Below, piece by piece: positions 41,527 through 57,136 of a DNA stretch of 64,000 nucleotides. The translations under genes were made by a program, and so were the position numbers. This DNA comes from the human T2T-CHM13v2.0 reference genome, Homo sapiens. Location of the stretch: NCBI RefSeq assembly GCF_009914755.1, contig NC_060926.1. One strand, 5' to 3'. Within the stretch, counting starts at the first letter, position 1. Every line of letters begins with the position of its first letter. The notes under the pieces were generated by a model. That model searched no databases. It had not been told where the DNA came from and worked only from the letters and a program-made list of their open reading frames with translations.

Positions 41527-43569
41527 CTAATCATCAAATCAAATCTATGAGGGCCTATCACTGTACATGTATATGTATATATACATATATATTTAACTTT
41601 ATTTGCAAACAGTAGAAAAGAAGAGGCATATTATCATTATAAAATGCAGAAAAATGGATATCATTTATTTAACATAGTTATATATATGTATAAATCTTTT
41701 AAAATTTAATTAGAAGAAAATATACTCAGCCTGATGAAATACAAAATTAATCAGCAATTTTTATCTTTATGGTAAAATCTTAAAGACTTCATGTTAACAA
41801 TCAGGAATAAGATAATAATTGCCAATATTAATGTTCTTCTTAATTTGTACTTCCTAGATGTTCCTAAAGTGAACTGAAGAAAAATGAATGAAATATATGA
41901 AGATTAGAAAAATAGAAAGTCTAATATTACTATCTGTAGGCATGATAATTATTTCTTCTACATTTATACTAATAAGAGAATTTACCTATATTAAGCATGC
42001 AATTAGAAAATAAAATTATATTTTAAAAGATCTAAAATTATGTAATTTGACTCAGAGTTAAAAAAATATGAAATTAATATAAACCTGAATGGACTTATGA
42101 AGAAAATTAATACTACTAAAAAAGGATTAAGATAAAAGAACAGATACCCAACATTCATGAGGAGGGTGATTATATTTTAGAAATGTCAATTATTTCTAAA
42201 TTCTCTATAAATATAATGCTATTACAACCAAAGAAAACTGAAAAACTAGTTCTAAGTGACATGTGGATAATTAAAGTGCTAATAATAAAGTGATTTTGAA
42301 TAAGAGCAAGGTGTTTGTGTCCTAGTTTGAGATCAAGATGTATCATTAAATGATAGAAATTAAAATAAAGGAAAATGACAGATACAAACCCATGTAACAA
42401 AGTCAAATCCAGAAACATTTTGCATGCCTAAATCTTAGGCATGTAGATTAGGTGGCAATGTAGAAGATTTGAGAAAGAAGATTGTTCAACAAGCACTGCT
42501 AATATAATTGGTTTCCACATAAAAGATAATATTAAATTAAGTCACTCTCAACATTTAATAAAAATTCTAAGTGCATTAAATAATAAATACAAAAATAAAC
42601 TTCAAAATATGAGAAAATATCTATATACATTTGGGAAATGAAAGAATTTCTCAAAAAAGAGACAAAAAGCATTAGTATAAAATAAAACTGATTGCATTTA
42701 ACATTAATAAAATATAATCAACCCAAATATAACGGAAAATATGAAAAGACAACCAGAATAGGGAGAAAATATTTACCACTTACTGGTATGAGAAAGACAA
42801 AATTCACACTATGTTAATACAGTCTACGAATCCATCAGACTCACAAACACACACACACAACTCAATAGAAAATACACAAAAGATACAAACAAGCAATTTA
42901 TAGAAGAAACATGATCGACTGATAAACAGTTGTCAAGATTCAGAACTTTAACAGTAATCATGGTAACGCAAAATAATCAAATTATTCTTAAAAATAAAAT
43001 AAATATTACATGGAATACAATTTTCTTATTAGATTTACAGTTTTTTTTTTTTAACTATGCCAATTCCAACATTAGGGGAAGATGTAAAGCACTGTTTTGC
43101 ACTGCTGTAGTGTAAATATTAAGAAACCCTCACATAAGCACTTTGGGAGATACAGAAATAAATGTTCATACCCACATTGTTTTTAAAAGAAAAACAAACA
43201 AATCTAAAAGCTTCTCCCTAGTAGCATGGAAAAAATACGTTATTTTTTATTTTTGTAATGAAATGCTCTAGCATGATCTCCTTTTTTTTTTTTTTGCAAT
43301 ATTTTAACTCTTAGTCTGAGCTTAGTCACTGTATTAATTTTACATATTTTATATATTTTAAATAGTAGCTTATATACTGCTGGAAAAACAGAAAATCACA
43401 GTACTATTTATGGGATACCAGAGATTGTATTGCACTTTTGAGGAGGCACGTCCTTCAGCTGAAGATCACTACTCCTTCTGGGCAGCTACTCTAAACAGCT
43501 CTATGTTCTCTGAATTCCACAATGCCCAGAAAACAGCCATCCTAGAAGCACAATTCTCATTTAGTCATG

Positions 43570-44295
43570 TTTATTTTTCTTCTGAATGATTGCTGAAATC
43601 TGTCCATTCTTTTGATCTCTGCAGTCATCAGCTGCCATCGTTTTTCACCTGGATAACTGCAAAAATCTCTTACTTGGTCTCTATATACCTATTTATGGTG
43701 CCTTCTAATCTGTTCTCTACACTGCATTGCAGATGAAGGGATAGTTTAATTTAAAAGTCGACAGTCAGACTTTTACATGGCTTTCTGTTTTTCTGATAAT
43801 AAAGTTAAAATATGTAATCTGATTTTACATGACTTTGTAATTGTATATGATCTTACCCATGTCTAACTCTTGTTTACAGTACCTCAGTTACCACCAGTAT
43901 TTTAATTTTTACAGTCTGCCATGTTTCCTTCTAAATCAGCACCTTTGCATGTACTGTTTCCTTTACTTCAAGCAGACTTTCATTCTCTCTTGGCTTCATA
44001 AACTTCTCGTATTTCTTCATTTCTCTACTCAGATTCACTGCCGAGGAAATCCCTCTGTGAATCTCTAGACTATGTGTTTCCTTCTACAGTATGCTTTCAT
44101 GGTTTCGTATCACTTTTCTTCATTGTACTAATTTCTGTTTGTAATAATGATCCAAATACATAATTTATCATTTGATTAATATCTCCTTTTCCCACCATGT
44201 TGAGTAACAATTATGTCTGCTACAGGCCTCCTGGTATCAATGTTTGCTAGTACAGCACTAATAGAGCTGCCTCTCAATAAATAATTGCTGTGTAA
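43570..44295 (+). mobile_element. L2 3' region
   Basis: tcacctggataactgcaaaaatctcttacttggtctc ... cacctttgcatgtactgtttcc ... ctcaataaataattgctg. Confidence 0.75.
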
Positions 44296-44332
44296 GAGAT
44301 ACAAAAAATTGACTCTATAAGAATTCCATTTA

Positions 44333-44624
<292 letters not shown>

Positions 44625-44682
44625 TTGTTAAGTGTTTTAGGGTGAAACTCCAGGGGTACCTGAACTTAGGAGATAGTTCTAT

Positions 44683-44783
44683 GAAGGAGAAGACAGAGGA
44701 GAAATAGAAGGAGGAGAAGGAGAAGGAAAGAGAAGAGAAAGAACAGGGGAGAGAAAGGGGGAGGGCAAAGAATAGAAGAAGGA
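44683..44783. repeat. GA-rich low-complexity tract
   Basis: Purine-rich run gaaggaggagaaggagaagg... Confidence 0.85.
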
Positions 44784-45794
44784 ATTTTAAAAATTGATAA
44801 TAAGATCAGTGAGGAAAAAAACTAAGGAGGTAAAATATATATGTAGTGTTATTCAATTGTTTGTTATTTTATTTATGTACTAACTACTAATTCAGCTATT
44901 ATTTATTGTACCTTTACCATATACTAGCCACAAGGGCTACAGCAATAAGCAAAACAGAATATTGTTCCCCCAGTTTATAATATAATGAATATAAATATTT
45001 AAACAATGAATACATGAGCAAGAGCATTTTAAATAGTGCCATGCTTTGTAGAGCCAAACAGGATGTACTGCCATAAGCCTACATGGATGATGGAGAAAGA
45101 GTTTGGGATGTACTCCCCTCTCAATATTGAGTAAAATTCTTTAAAGAAGCCAATAATAACAATGTAAAAGCAGATTTCTGCACTTAAGTTATTACCAGTG
45201 AGACTGAGACTGCACAAAATAAAGATATACAAAGTGAAATGGAAGAGAGAGCAACAAGTCATGGGAATGGTTAGAAACTGTGGCCAACTTTCTAGATTGA
45301 CAAAGGGTTAGAAAAAAGCTAGCCTTAGCTGATATCAGTTCAACATTTGCAATGTGTTTAAATTATCTAAAATAACTTGAATCAAAATATTGTAGTTCAT
45401 CACTCAAGCCTACAAAAGAGAGAATATGGGCACATGTGATACAGAGCTTACGATCTTATGCCTTCTTTGATGAAGTAATATAACATTTAAAAGCTGGATT
45501 TTGAGGAGATCAGAGTTAAAGTGCAACATATTTAATCTAAAAGAAATAACATTTTAGAGAACATCTTATTATCTTGATCCTGTCTGTAGTTCATAAGTAG
45601 AAGAATAACAACAAAAAAAAAAACTCCATGGAAATTTAGAAGTAAATAATTTGCTAGCTGGGAAAAAAGAAATGCCATCTATTGAAGATTCAATAGAAGA
45701 ATAAATGAAGTAATGGAGTAAGAAAGAAATGAATTCATTGCTTTCTTATTTTTCTTTGAAATCAATGAAGAAAACAAACATTAGATATAACAAA

Positions 45795-46510
45795 CAGCTT
45801 CCTTTGCCACTTCAGGTCCATTTTCCCCCTTCTCTACCTTGCTTTGTGTCCATTATAGTTGGCCTATGTAAATTATGTCTAGAGTTCATTTGCCAGTAGG
45901 ATTTAGAAGAATTTGGATAATGAGGATCCTTCCATAAGATGAGAAAGAGGGAGGAGGGTGAGACACGTATTTTTCCCTAGCTCTCTTGCTGCAACACAAC
46001 ACTTGTTTTGGGATGACCACATAATTTCTTTTCCAAATTGGGACATACTTGAAAGTGAAAGAGGCAATACTAATGGTTCTACTTGCGCAATAGGGATAAA
46101 CCTCAACTAGCACAAACCTGTATGTATGTTCATCCTACCTTGGGCTATGATCCTCAGTAAGTCACATTGTTCTATACAATTCCCTCCTCTTCTGGGCACC
46201 AGCTACCTCTGCTTCCTCTAGTCCACTGTTTCTCAAACATTATCATGCATCAGAGTCACCTGTGAAAACAGATTGCTGCACACCAGTCTTAATGAGAGTT
46301 TCTAATTCAGGGGTGGATTCTGCGAATTTGCATGTCTAATAAATTCCCAGGTGAAGCTAATGCTGATGGTCCGAGTTTCAAGCTTTGAGCACCACTGTCC
46401 TCATCCTTTCAGTTTTGGTGCTACTAGCTATTGGTCTCTGCATGGTCACAAGAAGCCCTCTTACGCTTGTTCACACTTTTGCATATGTCCTTTCTGTAAA
46501 TAATTTTCCT
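45795..46510. mobile_element. Old ERVL-type LTR (LTR33-like), interrupted by MER5A
   Basis: tcaggtccattttccccttt ctctaccttgctttgtgtcc and cttgttcacacttttgcatatgtccttt resemble LTR33 segments. Confidence 0.45.
46222..46398. mobile_element. MER5A (hAT-Charlie DNA transposon)
   Basis: tttctcaaac..tgcatcagagtcacctg ... gaatttgcatgtctaataaattcccaggtga.gctaatgctgatggtcc ... ctttgagcaccactg. Confidence 0.85.
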
Positions 46511-47869
46511 TTATTTATTTAGATTACTATACAATTATGAAAACCAGAGCTTCATCATTATAGATTCTTAAAGTTTCCTTCAACGAAATGTATTCACAGC
46601 TAACCCTCACCTCAGAGTGAAAAGGATGGTTAGTTGTGCAGGGCCTCATGGGATTCATAGGCTTCAAGTATGTCCTCAGTGTGCTTGCTTCTGTGGAATA
46701 GACACTACTGGAGAATCTATAGCTTTTGTTCTGTCTCACTATATCTAGCAAGTCAAGGTTTATGACCCTATGATTAGGAATGATGGAAAAAACAGAGAGC
46801 TGTGGAAATAGATCCATATTGAAGAAAGGACTCATAGCTTTTGTATTATTATTACTAATTCTGAAAAGTTTTTCCTCAGCAAACATCATAATTATCTAAG
46901 AAGTAACTGATAGTACTATCAAGTTTTATCTGGTTATTTTAGTCACCTTAATGATCACCAGAACACTTCATGGAATATTTCATTGATGTCTACTCAAACA
47001 AATCACTAAAACTTGAAAATACCTGTAGCTGAACCAGGGGCTTTTTTATCCACTCAAAGAAGAGTTTGCAAGTTTAGGCCCAAGGACAGGGAGAGAGGAA
47101 TACAAAATAAAAGGGAGCACAATAATTTGTGTCTTCTAAGGGGCCCTGCTAATTGCCACTTCACAAATGTAATTTGCGTATCAGCCATAACCAGCAACAG
47201 TCTAAAATCACTTTGGGGTTGAAGGTTGGCTGGAATGGGAAAGGGAATTTAAATAATTCTACTTTATCTTCTTAAGGAAAAAACAAGCTCAAGAGCAATA
47301 CTCAAATTTAATGATGCCAAGTGAACTAAACCTAAATGTCTGTGTGTATAGGCCTAAATTATTTTAACATTATGTTTGCATCTCTGAGTGATGGGAATAT
47401 CTTAATCTGCCATATAACCAATAGATTGTCATAGATTTTGCTAGCACTAACATTTGCTGGGTTTTCTAAAACATACTGTACAATTTGATTGCACCAATGT
47501 ATTCTTTTCAGTGCTATCTTATACTTGTAATTCTTTCTAATACTCCTATGCAGCTAAGTTCTCACAGCTAAGCAGTACATGGCAGAATTGGAATTCAAAC
47601 CTGGGTATGTACAACTCCAAAGTCAGGACTCCTAACCATCAAATGATTCTGTGTCTTCAGCCCCTATATGACTTTCCAGATCCCTTTCTTTCTCTTGTTT
47701 ACATAGAATATACATTCACTCACTCACTTATTGACATAACATTTGTGAAAATCATTCTAATGCCAGGTAACATGTTATGACCACATGATCCAGTATTGTG
47801 AGCAAACAGAAAGACAACACCAGTTTTGAGGCAATAAACACCTTGAGGACAGAGATGGGTCTTTTCTCT

Positions 47870-49610
<1,741 letters not shown>

Positions 49611-49622
49611 AGAATGGACATT

Positions 49623-50519
49623 ACAAATCTAATGCCTATGAGACACTACCTCACACCTGTTAGGATGGCTATTATCAAAAAGTCAAGAGTGAGGGGGGAA
49701 AGAAGGAGAAGAAAAAAAAGTCAAAAGATAAAAAATGTTGACTAGGTTGTAGAGAAAAGGGGACTCTTGTACTGTGTTGGTAGGAATGTAGATTGGTACA
49801 CCCATTATGAAAATAGTATGGAGGTTTCTAAAGAAATTAAAAACAAAATTCTCATATGACCCAGCAATCTCTCTTCTGAACATATACTCAAAGCAAATGC
49901 AATCACCACCTTGTAACGATATCTGCACACTCCCATGTTCATTGTGGCATTATTCACAATAACCAAGATAAACAACCTACGTGTCCATTGAGGAACAAAT
50001 GGATGAAGAAAATGAAATATTATACAGCCCCCTGAAAAGAATGAGATCTTGCCATTCTCACAACATAGATAAGGTTGAAGGAGATTATTTTAAGTGAAAT
50101 AAACCAGACACAGAAAGAAAAATATTACATGATCTCACTAATATGTGATAGAAAACAAAACAGTAGTTACTCCTCTGAGGGTGGGGAGAGCAGAATTGGA
50201 GATGTAGGTAAGAGAATGTAAAGTAGCAGATATGTAGGATGAACAAGTCTAGAGATCCAAGGTACAACATGAGGGCTATAGGTAATTAAATTGTAAACAT
50301 GGGATTCATGCTAAATGAGTAGACTTAGCTACTCTTGCCACACACATGCGCGCACACACACACATGCACACACACAAATGGGTAACAATGTAAGATGATG
50401 GATATATCAATTTGCTTTATTATAGTAACCTTTTCGCTATCTATATGTATCCCATAACATCATGTTGTGTACCTTAATTATACACAATAAAAATTATTTT
50501 TAAAAAAAGAATATAAAAA
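49623..50519 (+). mobile_element. L1MA-type 5'-truncated element (~0.9 kb)
   Basis: cacacctgttaggatggctattatcaaaaag ... gatgatggatatatcaatttgc ... cacaataaaa; perfect 14-bp TSD aaagaatggacatt (49609-49622, 50520-50533). Confidence 0.9.
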
Positions 50520-53032
50520 AAAGAATGGACATTTAACCAAGTTTAATAAGGCAAATAAACACCGTATGGTTATGTAAGTGGTTGAGTAAGGGAAACTGAA
50601 TGAGGGATATACGAGCACTCTTCGTCATACATTTGTAATTTATTTGTAACAGCCCCACAGTCGGGACTATAGCTAAGAACCGTAGGGCACAGAGAATTTA
50701 GAATTCAGATTTTCTCTTTAAAGGATACTAAAGGAGCATAAGCAAGCCTCCCCATGGGAAGATGAAAATGTACAGGGAAATGGGAATACATTTAAGGCTC
50801 AGAGATCTCCGTAAGCCTGTACGGACACTCAATGGAGGAAATGAAATCATAAGGCAATGTTTTCAAAGTCCTCATGATGGCACAGAGAAATACCCGAGCT
50901 AATGTTACAAGAAAACACAAATAAAATATACACTATATTATAATAACTGTGTGAAAAACAAATTTACTCAGAGAGGGGGGAAGATGAAAGCAACAACCAC
51001 TGTTAACATTTCCTTATACATCTAGATGATGGGAACAGATGATTTATTTTCTTGTTTCAACTGTTCTGCATTTTATTTATTTACAATTTCACCTTGCTCA
51101 AAAGATAAAAGATTTAAGGCAGCTTGATCTGAATTTTTCATTAATAAACATGGCATTTTAAACATGCAAAAAACTTTGAGGATTTTTGAGGCGCAGGAAC
51201 GCATTTTAGACAAACAAAACCTCATCAACAAAGATATGAAAACACACACTGCATATTTGAGAAGTGGTAAACAGGTGTGATTGGAGCACAGGGTGAAAAC
51301 AGGGTAAATAATGAGGCTCGCAATGTAGGCTGACAAAAAAATGTGGCAAAATGCTCACAGGCGTATAGAAGAGCTCCTGGACAGATGTGTTGGCGTGAAT
51401 TTCACAGAGGAGAAGTGGTAGAGTCTGTATATTAGAAAAAATAACCACAGTAAGGGAGGTAGGGAGTAAATGATGTCAGGTAGGGATACGACTCATAGAC
51501 TGAGACCAGGAAGGGGTCTAGTGGCCTTAGATTGCCCTCTGGGACCTAGGATTCCAGCTTGAGTGTGCCTCTGAACTTGGACTCATTAGTCTGAAACAAA
51601 TCTCCTTTCAGACAAATCTACTCAGATACCATGCTGGAAAATATCTGATAAACAAATTCACATAAGGGCATTCATGCATTCATTATGGTGAAATTCAGTT
51701 ATTATTTTCAATGACGTTCTTTTAGGCTGACTTTAGTACCAGGATAACTTCAGAAAATCTATTAAAAATATCTGGAAATATAAGTTGCTGATATCAACAT
51801 CAGGACACTTGAAAATATTATCATTATTCTTCATAAAAAACGTAATAGAATTACTATTATTTTTTAATTGGGAAAGATGTAAGCTAGATGATTTATTTTG
51901 TGTACTCACCATAATAATTTCTATTGCCTCTGGCATATTAACAGCATTTAATCTTAAAAAATATTAGGAAGAGGTTTTAAAATTAGTTTCCTGTTTAAAG
52001 TATTGTAGATTGCTTGAATTAAATGAAACTGTCATCACTGTGAATAAATATGGCTAATGTCAGGAAAGAAATATGACTTGTAAAAGGAATTAAGAAGTAG
52101 AATTAGCATGATTCTATGTTTTCTACATTAAAAACATACCAGTGATGAATTGAGGTCAGTGTCTTATGTATTATGTATTTGAAGTAGCTTATTTGCATAA
52201 ATAAGAACCGCTCATTCTCTATATATGCTGGAAGTAAAATATACCTCGCATCTATAAAGGATGAGTTGATATGCCATTTTATGTACACAAGCGAGAATGT
52301 TTTTCTCCTCTAAAGCCAACACATACTATTGCTAAACAGACAATCAAATGCCAGAAAAAGAAAGAAAACACAAATTGAATCTAGCTCAAAGAAAGGGGCT
52401 AGGTTGAGGAAAAATAAATGCCATTACCTAACTACATTTTGCTAGGCTAGCTCTAGCTGCAGTTTTAAGAATAATCAGCATTAGTCTGGGGATAGGCGGG
52501 AGCCAGGGTAAAGAGTTAGAAGCTTTTGTAATAAGTCAGGTGAGAGCCAATGGAAGCTTGGATCAGACAGTGTGTCGGGGTGATTCTGAGAAGTTAGTAA
52601 AAAGGTGAGGGATTTTTTTTTTTTGATAAATATGACTAGATTTTCTGATAGATTGTATGTGAAATGTGAAAGAAAATAATGAATCATTACTGAATGCATC
52701 TGGTTAAATTAAGAGACATATTTTTGGGGGGAATAATCTGCAATAGAGAAACTATATACAGGTGCTTTCCCTAGGGGTCAAAATTAATAAAATTCTGTTC
52801 TAAAGATGTACATGAGATTAAAATAATAAGGAAACTCCCTATTAACAGGAAAAGGTAGACACAAAAGTTTGACGTTTTCTGATTCAAAATTTGACCTATG
52901 TCTGACTTGATCAAAGATGATATAGATCTTGGAAAGTGAACCAATAATAAAAAAATTCAATGTCCAACAGTTGAGAATGTTAAAAACAGTTGTCTGTTAT
53001 GACCTTAATTATAAACAGACATTTAAGTTATT

Positions 53033-53323
53033 ATTATTATTGTGAGACAGAGCCTTATTCTGTTGCCCAGGTTGGAGTGCAGTGGCATGATCTCAGCTCA
53101 CTGCAGCCTCTGCCATCTGGGTTCATGATTCTTGAACCTCAACCACCTGAGAAGGGATTACAGACACCTACCACCACACCTGGCTAACTTTTTTGTATTT
53201 TTTAGTAGAGACACAGTTTTGCTATGTTAGCCAGGCTGTTCTTGAATTCCTGGCCTCAACTGATCCACCCACCTTGGCCACCCAAAGTGCTGAGATTGCA
53301 GGCGTGAGACACTGCACCCAGCC
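53033..53323 (-). mobile_element. Alu (old AluJ/S) with a (TAA)n tail
   Basis: Reverse Alu; TSD atttaagttatt (53021-53032, 53324-53335). Confidence 0.93.
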
Positions 53324-54059
53324 ATTTAAGTTATTTTTCGTGTTGATTTTAATTACCTGTTTTTGTTAATTAATTATTTCTTAAATGTTTCTTATTGTGA
53401 CGTGTTATTATTTGCTAAGTTTAACCCTGAATCTTATTGCCTATTTTTTTTTATAAAGGTCTTGCCTGATTCCCAATTTTTCTATGTCCCAGACTTCTCC
53501 ACCACCATAAATCCTTAATAGAAGTAACTCCCAATCCGTGCTTCACGCATAACTTACCTTGTTTTCTCTTAGTTCCTTTTGCCTGAGAAGTCAGAACAGA
53601 TTCACAGGTTTCCCCCTGGCCATTGTGCGGGTGTTGGAGCTCTACCAGTCATTTATGCTACACGTGATCCCTTTAAGTGTGAGCTCCTGCTTCTTTCACC
53701 AGCCCACCCCTTAAGTTTTGTTCAAGTTTTTCCAAGACGCCTCTACTGAACTACCCTGAGAACTACACCTAAGAAAAAGCAGATACCTCACAAATTACAG
53801 TCTCTCATTCCTCCTTTTGGCCTGCTGCCATTGCAAAAGTACAGTCTTCCCATGAAAGGATGGATGTGGTGGAGGTTACAGGTTGGCATTCTCCTTGAGC
53901 AGCTCCTTTAACCAAGCTGCAGCTTTCATGAGGTTTTCTCGAGAACAAGGGCTAGCTTTGTGCAAGGATTGTACTTTAGAAAACAAAAACAAGAACAAAA
54001 CAAAACACAAGGACTTCCCTGAACTGGAATGTCTCTTGGCATTTATTTTCAAGGAATCC

Positions 54060-54460
54060 AGCAATTGTTGAGCCTTTACTAGAGGTCGGATACCATGATA
54101 TCCACTTAAAGTCTAAAAACATAAAAAGAGATAGCCCCTACCCTCAACTCATTGTCTTCTAGTAGGGCAGAGAGTGATGCAAGCAATTGCAATATAAAAT
54201 ATACTCTGATAAGTTCTGTAATATACAAGAAACATGAAAGTGTGCAGGAAAAAAATGGGCTTCTTTTCATTGAGAAAATCTGTCATGAACTTTAACGAAG
54301 AGTGAGGAAAGGGAAGGTTGTGGTAAACAGAGAAAAGATAGCAGGAAAACAGCATTCTAAGAAGAGCGAAAAGTATAAATAGAAATGCAAACACTTGTAA
54401 GTACGTATTTGAGCAACAGAGGACAGTCTAAGTGACTGATTTATGGAAGAAAATAAAGAG
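54060..54460 (-). mobile_element. L2 3' fragment
   Basis: attgttgagcctttact ... gcccctaccctcaactcattgtcttctagtaggg ... aacagcattctaagaagag. Confidence 0.6.
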
Positions 54461-56939
54461 AAATGACTATGGGTCATTTGGCACCCAACGGAAACTTGTC
54501 TTATATACTCTACATCCCTTTTCCTTTATCTTCATCCTATGACATGGGCTCAAGTGTTTGGAAATGAGTTTCTTTCAGAATTACTGTTTAAGTATGTTTC
54601 GTCTAGCTTTTGTTGAGATGGGTGGCTCCCTATGAAGTGGCCCTGGCTAAGTGAATCCTGGAGTTTCTCTCATCTGAAGCTTAATTGATTATGTAAGGGC
54701 CATGGTGGGTAGAAAACAGTAAGACAATTTGCTTTCTTTATAATCAATACATTTTTTGATGACCTTGTTGTTCTGCATTGCTTTCTTAGAAGAACTGAGG
54801 CAGATTTATAGTCAAAAGGTAAGTTATCATCTATGCACTAACAATTATATTAAACAATAATTTACCCCACAAATATTTCACTCTAAGTACCAGAAAATGC
54901 TCTAAGCAACAATGGTATACAAATAATAAGACAGCTCTCCTGCCCTGAGATGGCTTACATTGCATGCTTCTTGTAAAAAACAGAATGGTTGTTAGATATT
55001 AGCATGAGTTCACTAAAATATTATTTTTATGTAACCTCCATCTGAAACTCTCTAAAGCTTAGCCTCTTGGATTGCAAAACTCTTGGAAGCTTAACCTCCT
55101 GAATTATAAAATGTATTTAATAAAGTTTGCCTAAAACATAAGGTTTTATTGAGTTTTATATTCATTATATACAAAATATTTTACATGCTGTAGAGTGTTA
55201 TACAAATATAAGGTATAATTAATAACAAGACTACTATTTATTTTTATTTTTCAGAATTTTATATCCTGGCAAGTCATGGGTATATCATGTAAAGTGTATC
55301 TTAAATTCAGATAGGTAATTATTTTAATAAAAGAGACTTCATCTTTGCCATCGTGGAAGAGAAAAATCACAAATAAGTAAAGTCAAAAGCATTTGAGTGA
55401 AAGTAGAGCCAGAGTATGTGCTGAAAAAAACTAAGAAGAATTTTCAAAAAACAAAAGAGTAGATTTCATGAGGTCAATTAATAGAGAACTGGCCAGAAAA
55501 AAATTTAATTAATATGTGTTTGGACTGATTCTTTACCAAAATTGTCATTTCCATGCCCACAAGTTCAGCAACAAAGTTTCCTTAAAATGGTTTCTCTTTC
55601 TGGATCCATTCCCTCAAGTTGTAAAACTTGCAAATCTCTCTTACTACATCTCATCTCTTTTTTGTAGCCACTTGTGCTCTCCTCCCTGGGTCCAGAGGCA
55701 CCCAGCAATATGGATAATTTTCTATTTATCAAGGCTACCCTACTGTTACATTGAATATTGTTTTGTCTATCACATGCTCCAAGTCACCTTTTCTTTTTAT
55801 ATGCAGTCCGTGGTTCATTCTGAGGATTTTAGCCAGAATTACAGTGCCTAACTCCAAATTCCCTATCTTTTAGAAAGGGGAGATAGGCAACACTGTACTT
55901 TCTTACATTCAAATTAGTGCTTTCTCAGTGCTTCTGGAGTAGGCTTATGTGCCTAGACACTTCATTAAGCTTAATTTCTTCCTCATATACCTACCCTGGG
56001 AATTCGAGATAGGCTGATTTTTTCCAAGACTAGAGGCCAGATTTCAGCTCTAGTGTAGCTACTCATGCCCTCTTCTGGCCTGCAGTGAGAAGCCTGCACA
56101 TCGCCCCCTGTCCCCCCATTCCTCTGCCAACCAGGAACAAGCACCATCATGTTTAAATGTGCCCAAATGGTCAGTACACAGCTCAGACCATCATTTATCT
56201 GGGACTGTGCTTTAGCTTAAGTGTGTAAGATGCTTTACATGTAGTCATTTTCTCCATGTCATGGTGGGTATATATATTAATGCATGACATACATGTAGAA
56301 TAACATGGGGCCTTGGAATCAGATCCTCTGGTTCATTGCCCGGCGCTGCCACTTACTAGCCTGTGATCTTATGTAAATTAACTCACTTTTCTGTATCCAA
56401 TCCTGTGTCTTCTAAGGTGTGGCAGGGAAGGGCAGAAATCCAGCCAACGATTTAGGTCCCTCTAGATGAGTGAAAAGATAGGGAAGGAAATGTACTACAG
56501 GAAAGCATAGCATAGGCACAGTGCAGAAGAAAACCTGTGGTCAAGGGCTCACCTTAAACTCCTTGGAAACAGCATATTGGGCAAGAGGCAAATAGGTCAT
56601 AATCTACCTGACCTCCTTAAAATCTGAAAGCTTTCTTGATACAGGCTGTGTGTTTGGAAGGGAGGGAGTGGAAAGGGCGACACCATGAGTGGCTGACATT
56701 GATTTCTCAGTAGGCTTTTGCAAAGCCCTAATTCTACTCACTCCAGACCCGGGGTTTTGCTAATGACCTCTGTGTGGAAGAAGGGCCTACACTGGCTCTT
56801 TTAAGGTAGCCCCAGGAAGTGGTAAAAGCTGAACTTAATAACACCTCCAAAGCCCTCTACTGTTTCCTCCAGACCTCACCTGCAGCCACCCACTACCCAC
56901 CTCATCTCTAAAATACATACCAATTCAAGACAGCGATCG

Positions 56940-57136
56940 GTCTCTCTCCTTCCTTGCTTTTTCTTTCTTTCATTCTCTCTTTCTTTCCCTCTCTCTTTCT
57001 CTCATTTTTTGTCTTTCTTTTCTTTTCTTTTCTCTCTTTCTTTCTTTCTTTTTTCTTTCTTTCTTTCTTCTTTCTCTCTCTCCCTCCCTCCCTCCCTCCC
57101 TTCCTTCCTTCCTCCCTTTTTCTTTTCCTTTCTTTC
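56940..57136. repeat. CT-rich compound simple repeat ((CTTT)n/(CCCT)n/(CCTT)n)
   Basis: ~200 bp almost pure pyrimidine on the + strand. Confidence 0.95.

Noticed and set aside
55240-55320. Possible small exon (tttttcag acceptor, ag|gtaatt donor)
   Set aside because: Such motifs are common in AT-rich DNA; no coding signal or linked exons support it.
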